Counted from the first letter of the stretch, positions 16,701 to 24,000 are shown. The stretch: 24,000 bases of DNA from an uncultured Iamiaceae bacterium (GCA_963712065.1 CAVQGM010000002.1:437222-461221); one strand, 5' to 3'. Program-made: numbers and translations. The notes: a model not told the origin generated them from the letters alone.

Positions 16701-17891
16701 ATGGTTGGATGTGTTCGAGCGACGGTGGTGGGGCTGTTGGTGGTGGCGGCGGCCCTCGTCGGCCAACCGGCCGGCTCGGCATCGTTCCCGCGCGAGAACG
16801 GCAACATCGCTTTCAGCAGCACGCGCGACGGCAACGACGAGATCTACGTGATGGGCGCGGACGGGTCCGACCCGACCCGCCTCACCGACAACGACGACGC
16901 CAACGATCGCGAGCCGAGCTGGTCGCCGGACGGGACGAGGATCGCGTTCACCAGCAACCGGGACGACGGCAACTCCGAGATCTACGTGATGGGCGCGGAC
17001 GGGTCCGACCCGACCCGCCTCACCAGAGACACCGCGTACGACAGCGAGCCGAGCTGGTCGCCGGACGGAACCAGGATCGCGTTCACCAGCAACCGGGACG
17101 ATCCGAGGGGCGAGGTCTACGTGATGGGTGCGGACGGGTCCGACCCGACCCGCCTCACCGACAACGGCGACGCCTACGATCGCGAGCCGAGCTGGTCGCC
17201 GGACGGGACGAGGATCGCGTTCACCAGCAACCGGGACGACGGCAACTTCGAGATCTACGTGATGGGCGCGGACGGGTCCGACCCGACCCGCCTCACCGAC
17301 GACACTGGGTACGACAGCGAGCCGAGCTGGTCGCCGGACGGAACCAGGATCGCCTTCGCCACCTCCCGCGATGGGGTGTCGGCGATCTTCGTGATGGAAA
17401 CGGACGGCTCCGGTCAGACCCGCCTCACCCCGGCTGACGACGTTGCTTCCGTCCAGCCGACCTGGTCGCCGGACGGCACCAAGATCGCGTTCACCCGCTC
17501 CGCTGATGGCAGCGAGGACATCTATGTGATGGACGCGGACGGCTCCGACTCGATCCGACTCACCGCCGACGCGGCGAGCGACAGACAGCCGAGTTGGCAG
17601 ACGACCCCGGGGGACGAGGACGGCGACGGAGTGCCGGATGTGGGCGACCTGTGCCCGGGCACCGTGCTGCCCGATGCGCCCACCATCGGATTGACCGGTG
17701 CTCGCTTCGCGGCGGCGGCGGACGGATCGTTCGACTCGGCAGTCGACCGTTTCGACGGCAGGTACACGATCACCGACACCGCTGGGTGTTCTGGGAGCCA
17801 GATCATCGAGCGGCTCGGCCTCGGCGAGGGCCATACGAAGCACGGGATCAGCAAGGGCGCCCTCGATGCGTTCAGAGCCTCCATCTCGTAG
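16701..17891 (+). CDS. Secreted TolB-like beta-propeller protein (PD40/WD40-like repeats) with a thrombospondin-type-3-like Asp-rich motif and an unknown C-terminal domain
   Basis: This is track ORF 16698..17891. The ATG at 16701 is better spaced from the GGAGG SD than the GTG at 16698. The signal peptide is [18 protein letters not shown]. At least 6 PD40 blades carry [16 protein letters not shown]....[19 protein letters not shown]. Then come [17 protein letters not shown] and a ~90-aa tail. Confidence 0.85.
   Translation: MVGCVRATVVGLLVVAAALVGQPAGSASFPRENGNIAFSSTRDGNDEIYVMGADGSDPTRLTDNDDANDREPSWSPDGTRIAFTSNRDDGNSEIYVMGADGSDPTRLTRDTAYDSEPSWSPDGTRIAFTSNRDDPRGEVYVMGADGSDPTRLTDNGDAYDREPSWSPDGTRIAFTSNRDDGNFEIYVMGADGSDPTRLTDDTGYDSEPSWSPDGTRIAFATSRDGVSAIFVMETDGSGQTRLTPADDVASVQPTWSPDGTKIAFTRSADGSEDIYVMDADGSDSIRLTADAASDRQPSWQTTPGDEDGDGVPDVGDLCPGTVLPDAPTIGLTGARFAAAADGSFDSAVDRFDGRYTITDTAGCSGSQIIERLGLGEGHTKHGISKGALDAFRASIS
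16839..17384 (+). repeat. Near-identical 273-bp tandem duplication (two propeller blades per unit) inside the TolB-like gene
   Basis: Blade starts (gagatctacgtgatgggcgcggacgggtccgacccgacccgcctcacc) recur at 16839, 16977, 17112 and 17250. Blades 1 and 3, and blades 2 and 4, pair up with long runs of identical nucleotides, including synonymous positions. Confidence 0.8.
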
Positions 17892-18011
17892 GCCGTCGTC
17901 GGCCCGCCCTCCCGCGTCCAGCCCCCGGGCGAAGACGACGAGGCCCTGGTACCTCGGCCGGCCTGAACCTTCGTGTTCGGCTCCGGGGCCAAGCTCCATG
18001 TGAGCGTGGAC

Positions 18012-18089
18012 TGGTCGGGGAGGGGAGATTCGAACTCCCGGCCTCCTGCTCCCAAAGCAGGCGCGCTAACCAAGCTGCGCCACTCCCCG
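18012..18089 (-). tRNA. tRNA-Pro (anticodon UGG), CCA encoded
   Basis: The reverse complement is CGGGGAGTGGCGCAGCTTGGTTAGCGCGCCTGCTTTGGGAGCAGGAGGCCGGGAGTTCGAATCTCCCCTCCCCGACCA. The acceptor is CGGGGAG/CTCCCCG, the anticodon stem is CCTGC/GCAGG with loop TTTGGGA, and the T-arm is GGGAG-TTCGAAT-CTCCC. Confidence 0.93.
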
Positions 18090-18112
18090 CGGCATCGACC
18101 CTACCGGGCCGA

Positions 18113-19066
18113 TCACACCGCCTGGACCGCCGTCGGAACAGAGGCCGGAGCGACGACGACCCGACGGAGCGGGCGCTGCTCGCTCAGCGGCTCAGCGCGT
18201 CGAAGACCTCGTAGACCATCCACGCCGGCCAGAACAGGCCCTGGATGACGGCGAGGACGTACTCCCAGAAGGAGTCGGCCTGCTGCCAGAACCAGACCCA
18301 GGCCCCGAAGATCCCCAAGGCGTAGATCGCACCCCCGCCCGCAGCCCCGCTGTTGCCGTTGCTCACCCCGGCTCACCCCTTCCCCTCGGCACACAGGCGC
18401 CGACCGACGGACCCGCCCGGCGCCCCGCGTCGTGGACGGCCCCATCATGGCGTGGGCGCGGCTCCCCGTGGGCCTTAAGACGTCGATCCCGTACGTGCCC
18501 GCGGGGAGCGGCCCGGCGATCTGCTCGCCGTAGGACACGGTGCCGACCGAGACGCCGACGGTCGTGTTGACCACGTCGACCTCGGGGGCGTTGGCCGCGT
18601 GGACCGCGACCGCCCGACCCGTGCCCGCCTCGACGCAGGAGAGGTCGAGCGGGACGACCAACAGCTCCGGCGCGAGCTCGGCACCGTTCGAGGTCGCCAC
18701 CAGGGCGGCGCTCGTCGCCTCGGGCACCGGCTGGTCGATCAGCGGAGCTGCGCCGGGGTCGGCGCAATCGACGTCGGCGCCGAGGTACACCTGCAGCGAC
18801 TCGTCGCCCCCGGAGCGCAGATCGACGGGACCGATCACGTCGCCGAACTGGAGGTCGCCCACGACCGTCTCCGAACCGGAGCACACCGTCACGCTCGTGC
18901 CTCGATCATCGGGTGAGGTCTGCCCGTCGAGGTTCAACCCGTGTACCACCCACGCACGCGTGGTGGGGATGGTGAACGGTGGGCCCGACTGCGCGCCCGC
19001 GGCGTCGAGGGGCAGGATCAACGTCGCCAACACGGCGATCAGCAACACACCGGACAGGCGTCTCAT
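18113..19066 (-). CDS. Secreted DUF4397-like protein, apparently 3'-truncated; only ~18479-19066 looks like native coding sequence
   Basis: I trimmed track ORF 18113..19135 to M24 (MRRLSGVLLIAVLATLILPLDAAGAQS, a signal peptide) with a GAAGGAGAGGG SD 6 nt upstream. The DUF4397-type pattern appears twice: AWVVHGLNLDG... and RAVAVHAANAPEVDVV..VSYGEQIAGPLPAGTYGIDV. The second unit breaks off at V219, beside an atypical cttaag at 18474-18479. The remaining ~120 codons are R/G/L-rich with poor GC3. Confidence 0.6.
   Translation of the reverse strand: MRRLSGVLLIAVLATLILPLDAAGAQSGPPFTIPTTRAWVVHGLNLDGQTSPDDRGTSVTVCSGSETVVGDLQFGDVIGPVDLRSGGDESLQVYLGADVDCADPGAAPLIDQPVPEATSAALVATSNGAELAPELLVVPLDLSCVEAGTGRAVAVHAANAPEVDVVNTTVGVSVGTVSYGEQIAGPLPAGTYGIDVLRPTGSRAHAMMGPSTTRGAGRVRRSAPVCRGEGVSRGEQRQQRGCGRGCDLRLGDLRGLGLVLAAGRLLLGVRPRRHPGPVLAGVDGLRGLRRAEPLSEQRPLRRVVVAPASVPTAVQAV
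18184..18366 (-). CDS. Small Trp-rich membrane protein (60 aa), function unknown
   Basis: It has a GTG start with GGAAGGGG upstream. 58 of 60 codons end in G or C, a very strong coding signature. The product is GAIYALGIFGAWVWFWQQADSFWEYVLAVIQGLFWPAWMVY. It lies entirely inside the out-of-frame tail of ORF 18113..19135, which looks non-coding there. Confidence 0.6.
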   Translation of the reverse strand: MSNGNSGAAGGGAIYALGIFGAWVWFWQQADSFWEYVLAVIQGLFWPAWMVYEVFDALSR

Positions 19067-19311
19067 GGTCCCTCTCCTTCGGCCGATGACCAGACCGGAG
19101 CCTGACATCGGCCGGTCGCGGCTCGGTCGCGGCACGGTTCCTCGACCCTCACGTTGCGCCCCGCCGTCTGGGCCGAGGTACGTCGAAGTCCGTCGCCGTC
19201 CGGCCCACCCTCCTGGTTCTGCCCCCGGTCCCGCCGGTCAGGACCGGCACCGCCGGGGTACCGCTCCGGGCCCCTCGCGTTCTTGTCGGACCCCCTGCGT
19301 ATGGTCGTCGC

Positions 19312-19983
19312 ATGGCGCTCGCGGTCGTTCCTCCACCTCCTCCACCCCCACCGCCTCTGTCGCCGGAGGTGCGGGTGGATGCGTTGTGTGGGGAGTTGGC
19401 GGAGTTGTGTGGGCAGCAGAACGTGATCGCGGGGCGGATCACCGAGATCCTGTCGGAGATCGACGGGTTGTTGGGGGTGACGGGGGCGCGGTCGTTGGAG
19501 CATTTCGCCACCTGGCAGCTGGGGGTGTCGCCGGCGCGGGCGCGGAACCTGGCCGCGATCGCCCGCCGTCGTGAGGCGTTGCCGACCACGACGGGGTTGT
19601 TGGGGGAGGGGGTGTTGTCGGAGGACCAGGCGGCGGTGATCGCCCGTCGGGCCCCGGACGGCACCGACGACCACTACGCCGATCTGGCCCGGTTCGCCAC
19701 CGTGTCCCAGCTCCAGACCGCCCTGCGGCTGGCTCCCACCCCGCCCCCACCTCCGGAGCCGGAAGTGGAACCGGGACCGCAGCCCGATCCGGGGGAGACC
19801 CGCCAGGCCGCCGCGCAGTGGACCGAGCTCGACGAGTGGCTCCTGCACGCCCGCCTGCCCAAGCTCGACGGGGCGGTGGTGGACACCGCGTTGCGGGCCC
19901 ATCTCGACGCGTTGGTGGCCGAATGGGAACGCGAACGCGGAGGCTGGTGGGGCACCGGCCCGGCCGTTCCCGACGCTGGGTGA
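19312..19983 (+). pseudogene. DUF222 domain fragment: N-terminal part of a frameshifted 13E12-type HNH endonuclease gene
   Basis: 223-aa ORF. It has a poly-Pro leader, then CGELAELCGQQNVIAGRITEILSEIDG..GARSLEHFATWQLGVSPARARNLAAIARRREALP, which is typical of DUF222. It ends ..AEWERERGGWWGTGPAVPDAG*. The expected continuation (RPFPTLGDALVRMA..) is in the +1 frame. Confidence 0.75.
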
Positions 19984-19990
19984 TGCGCTG

Positions 19991-20575
19991 GTGCGCATGG
20001 CCACCCTCAGCCTGAACGCCGAAGCGGCACTGCGCCCGCATGCCCATCGCACCACGGTGGTCCTCCACGTCGACGTCGACCGCCAGATCAGTGAGCTGCA
20101 CCTGGGTCCGGCGCTGTCCGACGGCGAGCGGCGGGAGTTGGGCTGTGACGCCCGGGTGGAGACCTGGTTCGAACGGGACGGGGTGCCCATCGGGGTCGGG
20201 CGGGACAGCCGGGAGATCCCCCGCCGGCTGCGCCGGGCGCTCGAGCACCGCGCCCGGGGCCGCTGCGAGGTGCCGGGCTGTGACGCCCGAGCCGGGTTGC
20301 ACGCCCACCACCTCGTCCACTGGGAAGACGGCGGCCCCACCGAGCTGACCAACCTCCTGCTGGTCTGCCCGTCTCACCATCGGGCCCATCACCGGGGGCT
20401 GATCACCATCCGCGGCCCCGCCCCCAGCCTCGAGGTGCTCGACCGGCGCGGCCGGCCGATGCACGGTGGGTCGCTCGCCCGGCCCCCCACCCGACCGCCC
20501 AGACCGGCCCGCTACGACCACCCCCTCGGCGAACGCTTCGACACCCGCTGGTACCACCCACCCACCCTGTCCTGA
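19991..20575 (+). pseudogene. HNH endonuclease domain fragment: C-terminal part of the same frameshifted gene
   Basis: 194-aa ORF in a different frame from 19312..19983. The HNH motif is CEVPGCDARAGLHAHHLVHWEDGGPTELTNLLLVCPSHHRAHH. The frame stays open upstream of its GTG and reads ..ARPFPTLGDALV, so the two ORFs were once a single gene. Confidence 0.75.
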
Positions 20576-20727
20576 CGCCGCGTCGGTCAGGTACGAGGCC
20601 GAACGGCACCCGGGTGTCGTCAGCCCGGATGCTCCCGCATCAGCTTGGCGTCGTCGCTCGTCATGGCGACGGGACGGACGAGCGGACGTCGGTGCGGCCC
20701 CGGCCTCTCCCGTCCGAGGGCGCAGCC

Positions 20728-21517
20728 ATGTCAGGGGCGTGGCGCCGGCAACTCCCCCTGTCCACCGCACGGTCGCCGTGCCAGGCTCGGGAGGTGCCGT
20801 CCCACGACGTACTCGTGCCCGCCGAGGAGGGGGCCGTCCCCACTTACCTGGCGGTCCCCGACGGCGGCGGTCCCCGCCCGGGCGTCGTCGTGGTCCCGAG
20901 CACGGGATGACGGCGACGCCGACAGGCCGACTGGCTGGCCGACGCCGGCTTCGTCGCCGCCGCCCCCGACCTGTACCACTGGGGCGGACGCATGCGGTGC
21001 CTGGTCACCTTCATGCGCGACGCCGCCGCCGGTCGGGACGGCCGCGCCTTCCGGGACCTCGACGCCGTGCGCCGCTGGCTCGCCGGGCGCGAGGACGGGA
21101 CGGGCCGGGTGGGGATCATCGGGTTCTGCATGGGTGGCGGCTTCGCCATGCTCCTCGCCCCGGGCGGCGATACCAGGCGGCGAGCGTCAACTACGGCGGG
21201 CTCCACCGACGCGCCCGAGGAACGCCTGGCCCGCGCGTGCCCGATCGTGGCCAGCTACGGCACCCTCGACCCGACCCTGCGGGGCACGGCGGCAGCGCCT
21301 CGACCGGATCCTGGCCGACGCCGGCGTTCCCCACGACGTTCGCGAGTACCGCTACGCCGGGCACGCCTTCATGAACGACCACGACCCCGACGAGGTCCCG
21401 GCGCTGTTCCGCCTCCTCGCCCGCCTCTCCCGGTCGGCGTACGAACCGCAGGCCGCAGCCGACGCCCGCCGGCGCATCGAGGCGTTCTTCGACGAGCACC
21501 TCGGCCACCCGGGGTGA
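20728..21517 (+). pseudogene. Dienelactone hydrolase family gene, heavily decayed (internal stop plus several frameshifts)
   Basis: Recognisable DLH segments are scattered over three frames. Frame 1: VLVPAEEGAVPTYLAVPDGGGPRPGVVVV, then TGA at 20908-20910. Frame 1: [43 protein letters not shown], to ~21168. Frame 3: [10 protein letters not shown], 21171-21200. Frame 1: [29 protein letters not shown], 21211-21297. Frame 2: [27 protein letters not shown]...[10 protein letters not shown], to 21517. The 5' boundary is uncertain. Confidence 0.7.
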
Positions 21518-21562
21518 CGGTCAGCGGTCGCGCCGTGTCCCGCGTCGACGCGGCCGGGAGGG

Positions 21563-21844
21563 TCAGCCGGCGGCGACCTGGCTGGTGGTCAGGGGCGCCC
21601 GCTCCCGGCCATGTGCAGCGTGCAGCCGAGGTGGACGGTGACGTCGCCGGTCGACGTGGGCAGCTGCTGTGGTCGCCGGGGGAGGTCGCGGGGGAGGTCG
21701 CCGGGGGAGGTCGCCGGGGGAGTAGGAGGGCGCCTCCGCGTCCATGTCGGCGCTGACCGCGGCCATCTCGTCCGCGTCGAACGCGCTCCGCAGGTGGAGG
21801 AAGCCGGCCGAGGCCAGGAGCCCGAGCATCTCGACGGGCTGCAC
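21563..21844 (-). pseudogene. Possible relic of a PhyH-like (phytanoyl-CoA dioxygenase family) gene with internal deletion and frameshifts
   Basis: Track ORF 21563..21844 starts (GTG) [35 protein letters not shown], which is N-terminal PhyH-like with 100% GC3. It then runs into a 13-nt tandem repeat. After that, the high-GC3 frame switches to ..[16 protein letters not shown] (C-terminal PhyH-like) and switches again to [13 protein letters not shown]. Only ~90 of an expected ~260 codons remain. Confidence 0.4.
21671..21721. repeat. Tandem repeat, 4 units of 12-13 nt (GGTCGCCGGGGGA)
   Basis: ggtcgccggggga ggtcgcggggga ggtcgccggggga ggtcgccggggga. The unit length is not a multiple of three, so each copy shifts the reading frame. 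Confidence 0.8.
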
Positions 21845-21851
21845 GGCGCCG

Positions 21852-22065
21852 TCAACGGATCGGACAGACGATGCGGGTGCGCCACGTGCTCGGATCGGGC
21901 TCGGCCGAGGGGTCCGACAGGTAGCACTCCCACATGGGCCCGACGCTCCAGGGCCGCGCGCAGGTCGACCAGCGGGCTGAAGGCATCACCGAGGGTCTGC
22001 GTCGGATGGACCCCGTCGATCCACTGGCCGGCGACGAAGCCGACGAACCGCTCGCTCGTACTCAT
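21852..22065 (-). pseudogene. GyrI-like (SHS2) small-molecule-binding domain fragment with a frameshift
   Basis: Frame A from the ATG at 22065 reads MSTSERFVGFVAGQWIDGVHPTQTLGDAFSPLVDLRAALERRAHVG with high GC3, then degenerates. The +1 frame continues GPMWECYLSDPSAEPDPSTWRTRIVCPIR* with its stop at 21852-21854. This is the classic GyrI-like C-terminal pattern (P.wE.Y..dP......p..w.T.i..Pi). It is about half the length of a normal GyrI-like protein. Confidence 0.5.
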
Positions 22066-22134
22066 GCGCGCACGCTGACCCGCGGCCTAGGGTGCAGCTC
22101 GCGAGGCCCACCTGGTCGTCCCACGGGAGGCGTG

Positions 22135-22533
22135 ATGTACGAACGGATCGTGGTCGGGGTGTCCCAGACCGAGACCGCCCGCCGGGCGGTGGACCACGCC
22201 GCCGCGCTGGCCGAGATGGTGGGGGCCGAGCTGCACCTCGTGCTGTCGTTCGACCCGTACTGGGACCGCATCGAGCCGACCACCCTGCCGGCGACGGCCA
22301 AGGCCAAGGCCTACCTCGAGGAGCTGGCCGCCGAGCTGCCGGTCGAGGCGGTGGCCCACCCGGTGCCCGGCGACCCCGACGAGGGGATCCTGCGCACCGC
22401 CGAGGAGCTCGACGCCGACCTCATCGTCGTCGGCAACAAGGGCATGAGGGGCGCCGGCCGCGTCCTCGGCAGCGTCCCCAACTCGATCGCCCACCACGCC
22501 CACTGCTCGGTGCTGATCGTCGCCACGACCTGA
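22135..22533 (+). CDS. Universal stress protein (UspA family)
   Basis: I trimmed track ORF 21934..22533 to M68 (MYERIVVGV...) with a GGGAGG SD 5 nt upstream. The C-terminal motif is DADLIVVGNKGMRGAGRVLGSVPNSIAHHAHCSVLIV. It is a paralogue of 5506..5895. Confidence 0.9.
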   Translation: MYERIVVGVSQTETARRAVDHAAALAEMVGAELHLVLSFDPYWDRIEPTTLPATAKAKAYLEELAAELPVEAVAHPVPGDPDEGILRTAEELDADLIVVGNKGMRGAGRVLGSVPNSIAHHAHCSVLIVATT

Positions 22534-22538
22534 CCGTC

Positions 22539-23687
22539 GTGGCCCCTCCCGTCGAGGTCGACGGAGACGCCGACCCGCGGTTCGGGCCGGTCGTCGACGC
22601 CTTCAGGGCCAACTTCACCGAGCGGGGCGACGTCGGCGCCGCCCTGTGCGTCTACGAGCGCGGACGGGAGGTCGTGGACACCTGGGGCGGGGTCGCCGAC
22701 GTCGCCACCGGGCGACCCTGGGCCGAGGACACCCTCGTGCTGGTGTTCTCGGCGACGAAGGGCATCACGTCGATCGTCGTCCATCACCTCGTCGAACGGG
22801 GCGCGCTCGCCCTCGACGAGCCGGTGGCCACCTGGTGGCCCGAGTTCGCCGCCGCCGGCAAGGAGGCCGTGACCGTCCGCCAGCTGCTCGCCCACCAGGC
22901 CGGGCTGGTGCTGATCGAGGGCGACATGACCTGGGACGAGGCCCTCGGGTGGCACCCGGTCACGACGGCGCTCGCCGCCCAGGCGCCCCAGTGGGAGCCG
23001 GGCACCGCCCACGGCTACCACCTCCGGTCGTTCGGCTGGCTGGTGGGCGAGCTGGTCCGGCGCGCCGACGGCCGCACCGTCGGGCAGGTGCTGGCCGACG
23101 ACGTCGCCGGCCCGCTCGGCGCCGAGGTCTGGATCGGTCTCCCCGAGCGGCTCGAGGGTCGGGTCGCCACCCTCGTGCCCCCGCCCCCGGTCGTGCAGCG
23201 CTTCCTCGACGACCTTCCCGACGACGTGCCGCTCGGTCGGGCCACGACCGGTCCGTCCGGGCAGTTCGGCTACGACGAGCGGTGGAACCGACGCGACGTC
23301 CACGCCGTCGAGCTGCCCTCCTCCAACGGCATCGCCTCGGCGCGTGGCCTGGCCCGGCTCTACGCGGCGACGATCGGCGAGGTCGACGGCGACCGGTTGC
23401 TCCGCGACGACACCCTGGCCGCCGCCACCGAGGTGCAGTCGTCGGGCCCCGACCGCACCCTGATGGTCGACACCACGTTCGGGTGCGGCTTCCTGCTGGG
23501 GGACAGCCTCAGCGGGGCCTGCCCCCGCACGGCGTTCGGCCACTCGGGTGCGGGCGGGTCGCTGGCCTACGCCGATCCGGAGACCGGCATCGCCTTCGCC
23601 TACGTGATGAACGAGATGCGCATGGAGCTCGGGCACGACGCCCGCCGCGAGGCCCTCGTCGAGGCGCTGAACGACGTCGTTGGCTAG
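22539..23687 (+). CDS. Serine hydrolase, beta-lactamase (class C / EstB-like esterase) family
   Basis: These are the last 382 codons of track ORF 22092..23687, starting at the GTG at 22539, 5 nt after the USP stop. Motifs: N-terminal DPRFGPVVDAFRANF, the catalytic SxxK as FSATKG, and GHSGAGGSLAYADP near the C-terminus. Confidence 0.85.
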   Translation: MAPPVEVDGDADPRFGPVVDAFRANFTERGDVGAALCVYERGREVVDTWGGVADVATGRPWAEDTLVLVFSATKGITSIVVHHLVERGALALDEPVATWWPEFAAAGKEAVTVRQLLAHQAGLVLIEGDMTWDEALGWHPVTTALAAQAPQWEPGTAHGYHLRSFGWLVGELVRRADGRTVGQVLADDVAGPLGAEVWIGLPERLEGRVATLVPPPPVVQRFLDDLPDDVPLGRATTGPSGQFGYDERWNRRDVHAVELPSSNGIASARGLARLYAATIGEVDGDRLLRDDTLAAATEVQSSGPDRTLMVDTTFGCGFLLGDSLSGACPRTAFGHSGAGGSLAYADPETGIAFAYVMNEMRMELGHDARREALVEALNDVVG

Positions 23688-23760
23688 GTTGTGCCGGTGC
23701 CGGCGAGGTCGTCACCGGCCACCATCGCCGTCGACGGCGGCTCGTGGGACAGGGGACGAG

Positions 23761-24000
23761 GTGACGGTGTCGCGAGCGGGGGAGCGGGGCCTGCGCCGGC
23801 CGATCGACGACGTCGAGATCGAGGCGTTCTGGCGCGACGGCGTCGTCTGCCTCCACGGGGTGCTCGACCCCGATGGGGTCGCGGCCATGGCCGGTCCGGT
23901 CGACGCCCTCCTCGCCGAGCCGGAGATGGCCGACCTGTCGGCCATGGGCGACGCCCTCGGCGCGGCAGCCGACGAGGCGACCACCGCGGCACGAGGCCGG
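23761..24000 (+). CDS. Phytanoyl-CoA dioxygenase (PhyH) family protein, N-terminal 80 codons (continues past the window end)
   Basis: It is not in the track because it is open-ended. From the GTG at 23761 (alternative GTG at 23767) it reads VTVSRAGERGLRRPIDDVEIEAFWRDGVVCLHGVLDPDGVAAMAGPVDALLAEP.. with high GC3. The pattern ..E.F.RDG.V.L.GVL is the usual PhyH N-terminus. Confidence 0.55.
   Translation, partial: MTVSRAGERGLRRPIDDVEIEAFWRDGVVCLHGVLDPDGVAAMAGPVDALLAEPEMADLSAMGDALGAAADEATTAARGR

Noticed and set aside
16839-17384. Regularly spaced, near-identical ~48-nt repeats that could suggest a CRISPR array.
   Set aside because: The repeats are in-frame blade motifs of a beta-propeller protein ([16 protein letters not shown]). 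The so-called spacers are also conserved coding sequence, and no cas genes are present.
19940-19995. Programmed ribosomal frameshift joining the DUF222 and HNH ORFs.
   Set aside because: I see no slippery heptamer (X XXY YYZ) and no downstream pseudoknot-like structure. The shift lies in an ordinary G-rich run, and neighbouring genes are also damaged.
20576-20727. A minus-strand mini-ORF, MTSDDAKLMREHPG*, in the spacer after the HNH gene.
   Set aside because: At 14 codons with no motif or SD, it is not supportable as a gene or as an identifiable relic.
20908-20910. The in-frame TGA in the dienelactone hydrolase gene as a selenocysteine or programmed read-through codon.
   Set aside because: The position does not correspond to a catalytic residue, I saw no SECIS-like hairpin, and the gene has several additional frameshifts. 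Plain pseudogenisation is the simpler explanation.

Overview
This is a very GC-rich chromosomal window of actinobacterial type. An Acidimicrobiia-like origin is my inference from gene content only. Most long ORFs in the six-frame track are off-frame or antisense shadows. I chose genes by third-codon-position GC periodicity and by recognisable motifs.

About 20 genes look intact:
- the 5' part of a NifJ-type pyruvate:ferredoxin oxidoreductase, which runs off the window start and is absent from the ORF track
- a Zn-alcohol dehydrogenase and a HAPMO-like Baeyer-Villiger monooxygenase
- tRNA-Gly(UCC) and tRNA-Pro(UGG)
- two paralogous universal stress proteins
- two overlapping small membrane-protein genes
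- an NAD-dependent epimerase divergent from a CrtI-family FAD oxidoreductase
- a heliorhodopsin divergent from a DUF2071 gene
- a CarH/LitR-like B12-binding regulator
- a secreted repeat-domain protein
- glgX, translationally coupled to a HAD-phosphatase/HerA-like ATPase fusion
- a TolB-like beta-propeller protein
- a class-C-type serine hydrolase and a partial PhyH-family dioxygenase

The most interesting signal is a light-related neighbourhood at about 6.8-12 kb. It holds an intact heliorhodopsin, a regulator carrying the Wx9EH photoreceptor signature, a CrtI-family enzyme, and an unannotated relic of a xanthorhodopsin-type proton pump in an apparently intergenic stretch.

Second, the window is unusually rich in decayed genes: relics of nei, a type-1 rhodopsin, DUF4397, DUF222-HNH, dienelactone hydrolase, PhyH and GyrI-like genes. 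They are concentrated at 18.1-22.1 kb next to tRNA-Pro.

Third, two copies of a roughly 50-bp palindrome, each followed by a G-run tract, bracket the monooxygenase gene next to tRNA-Gly.

I saw no CRISPR array, integrase or transposase.
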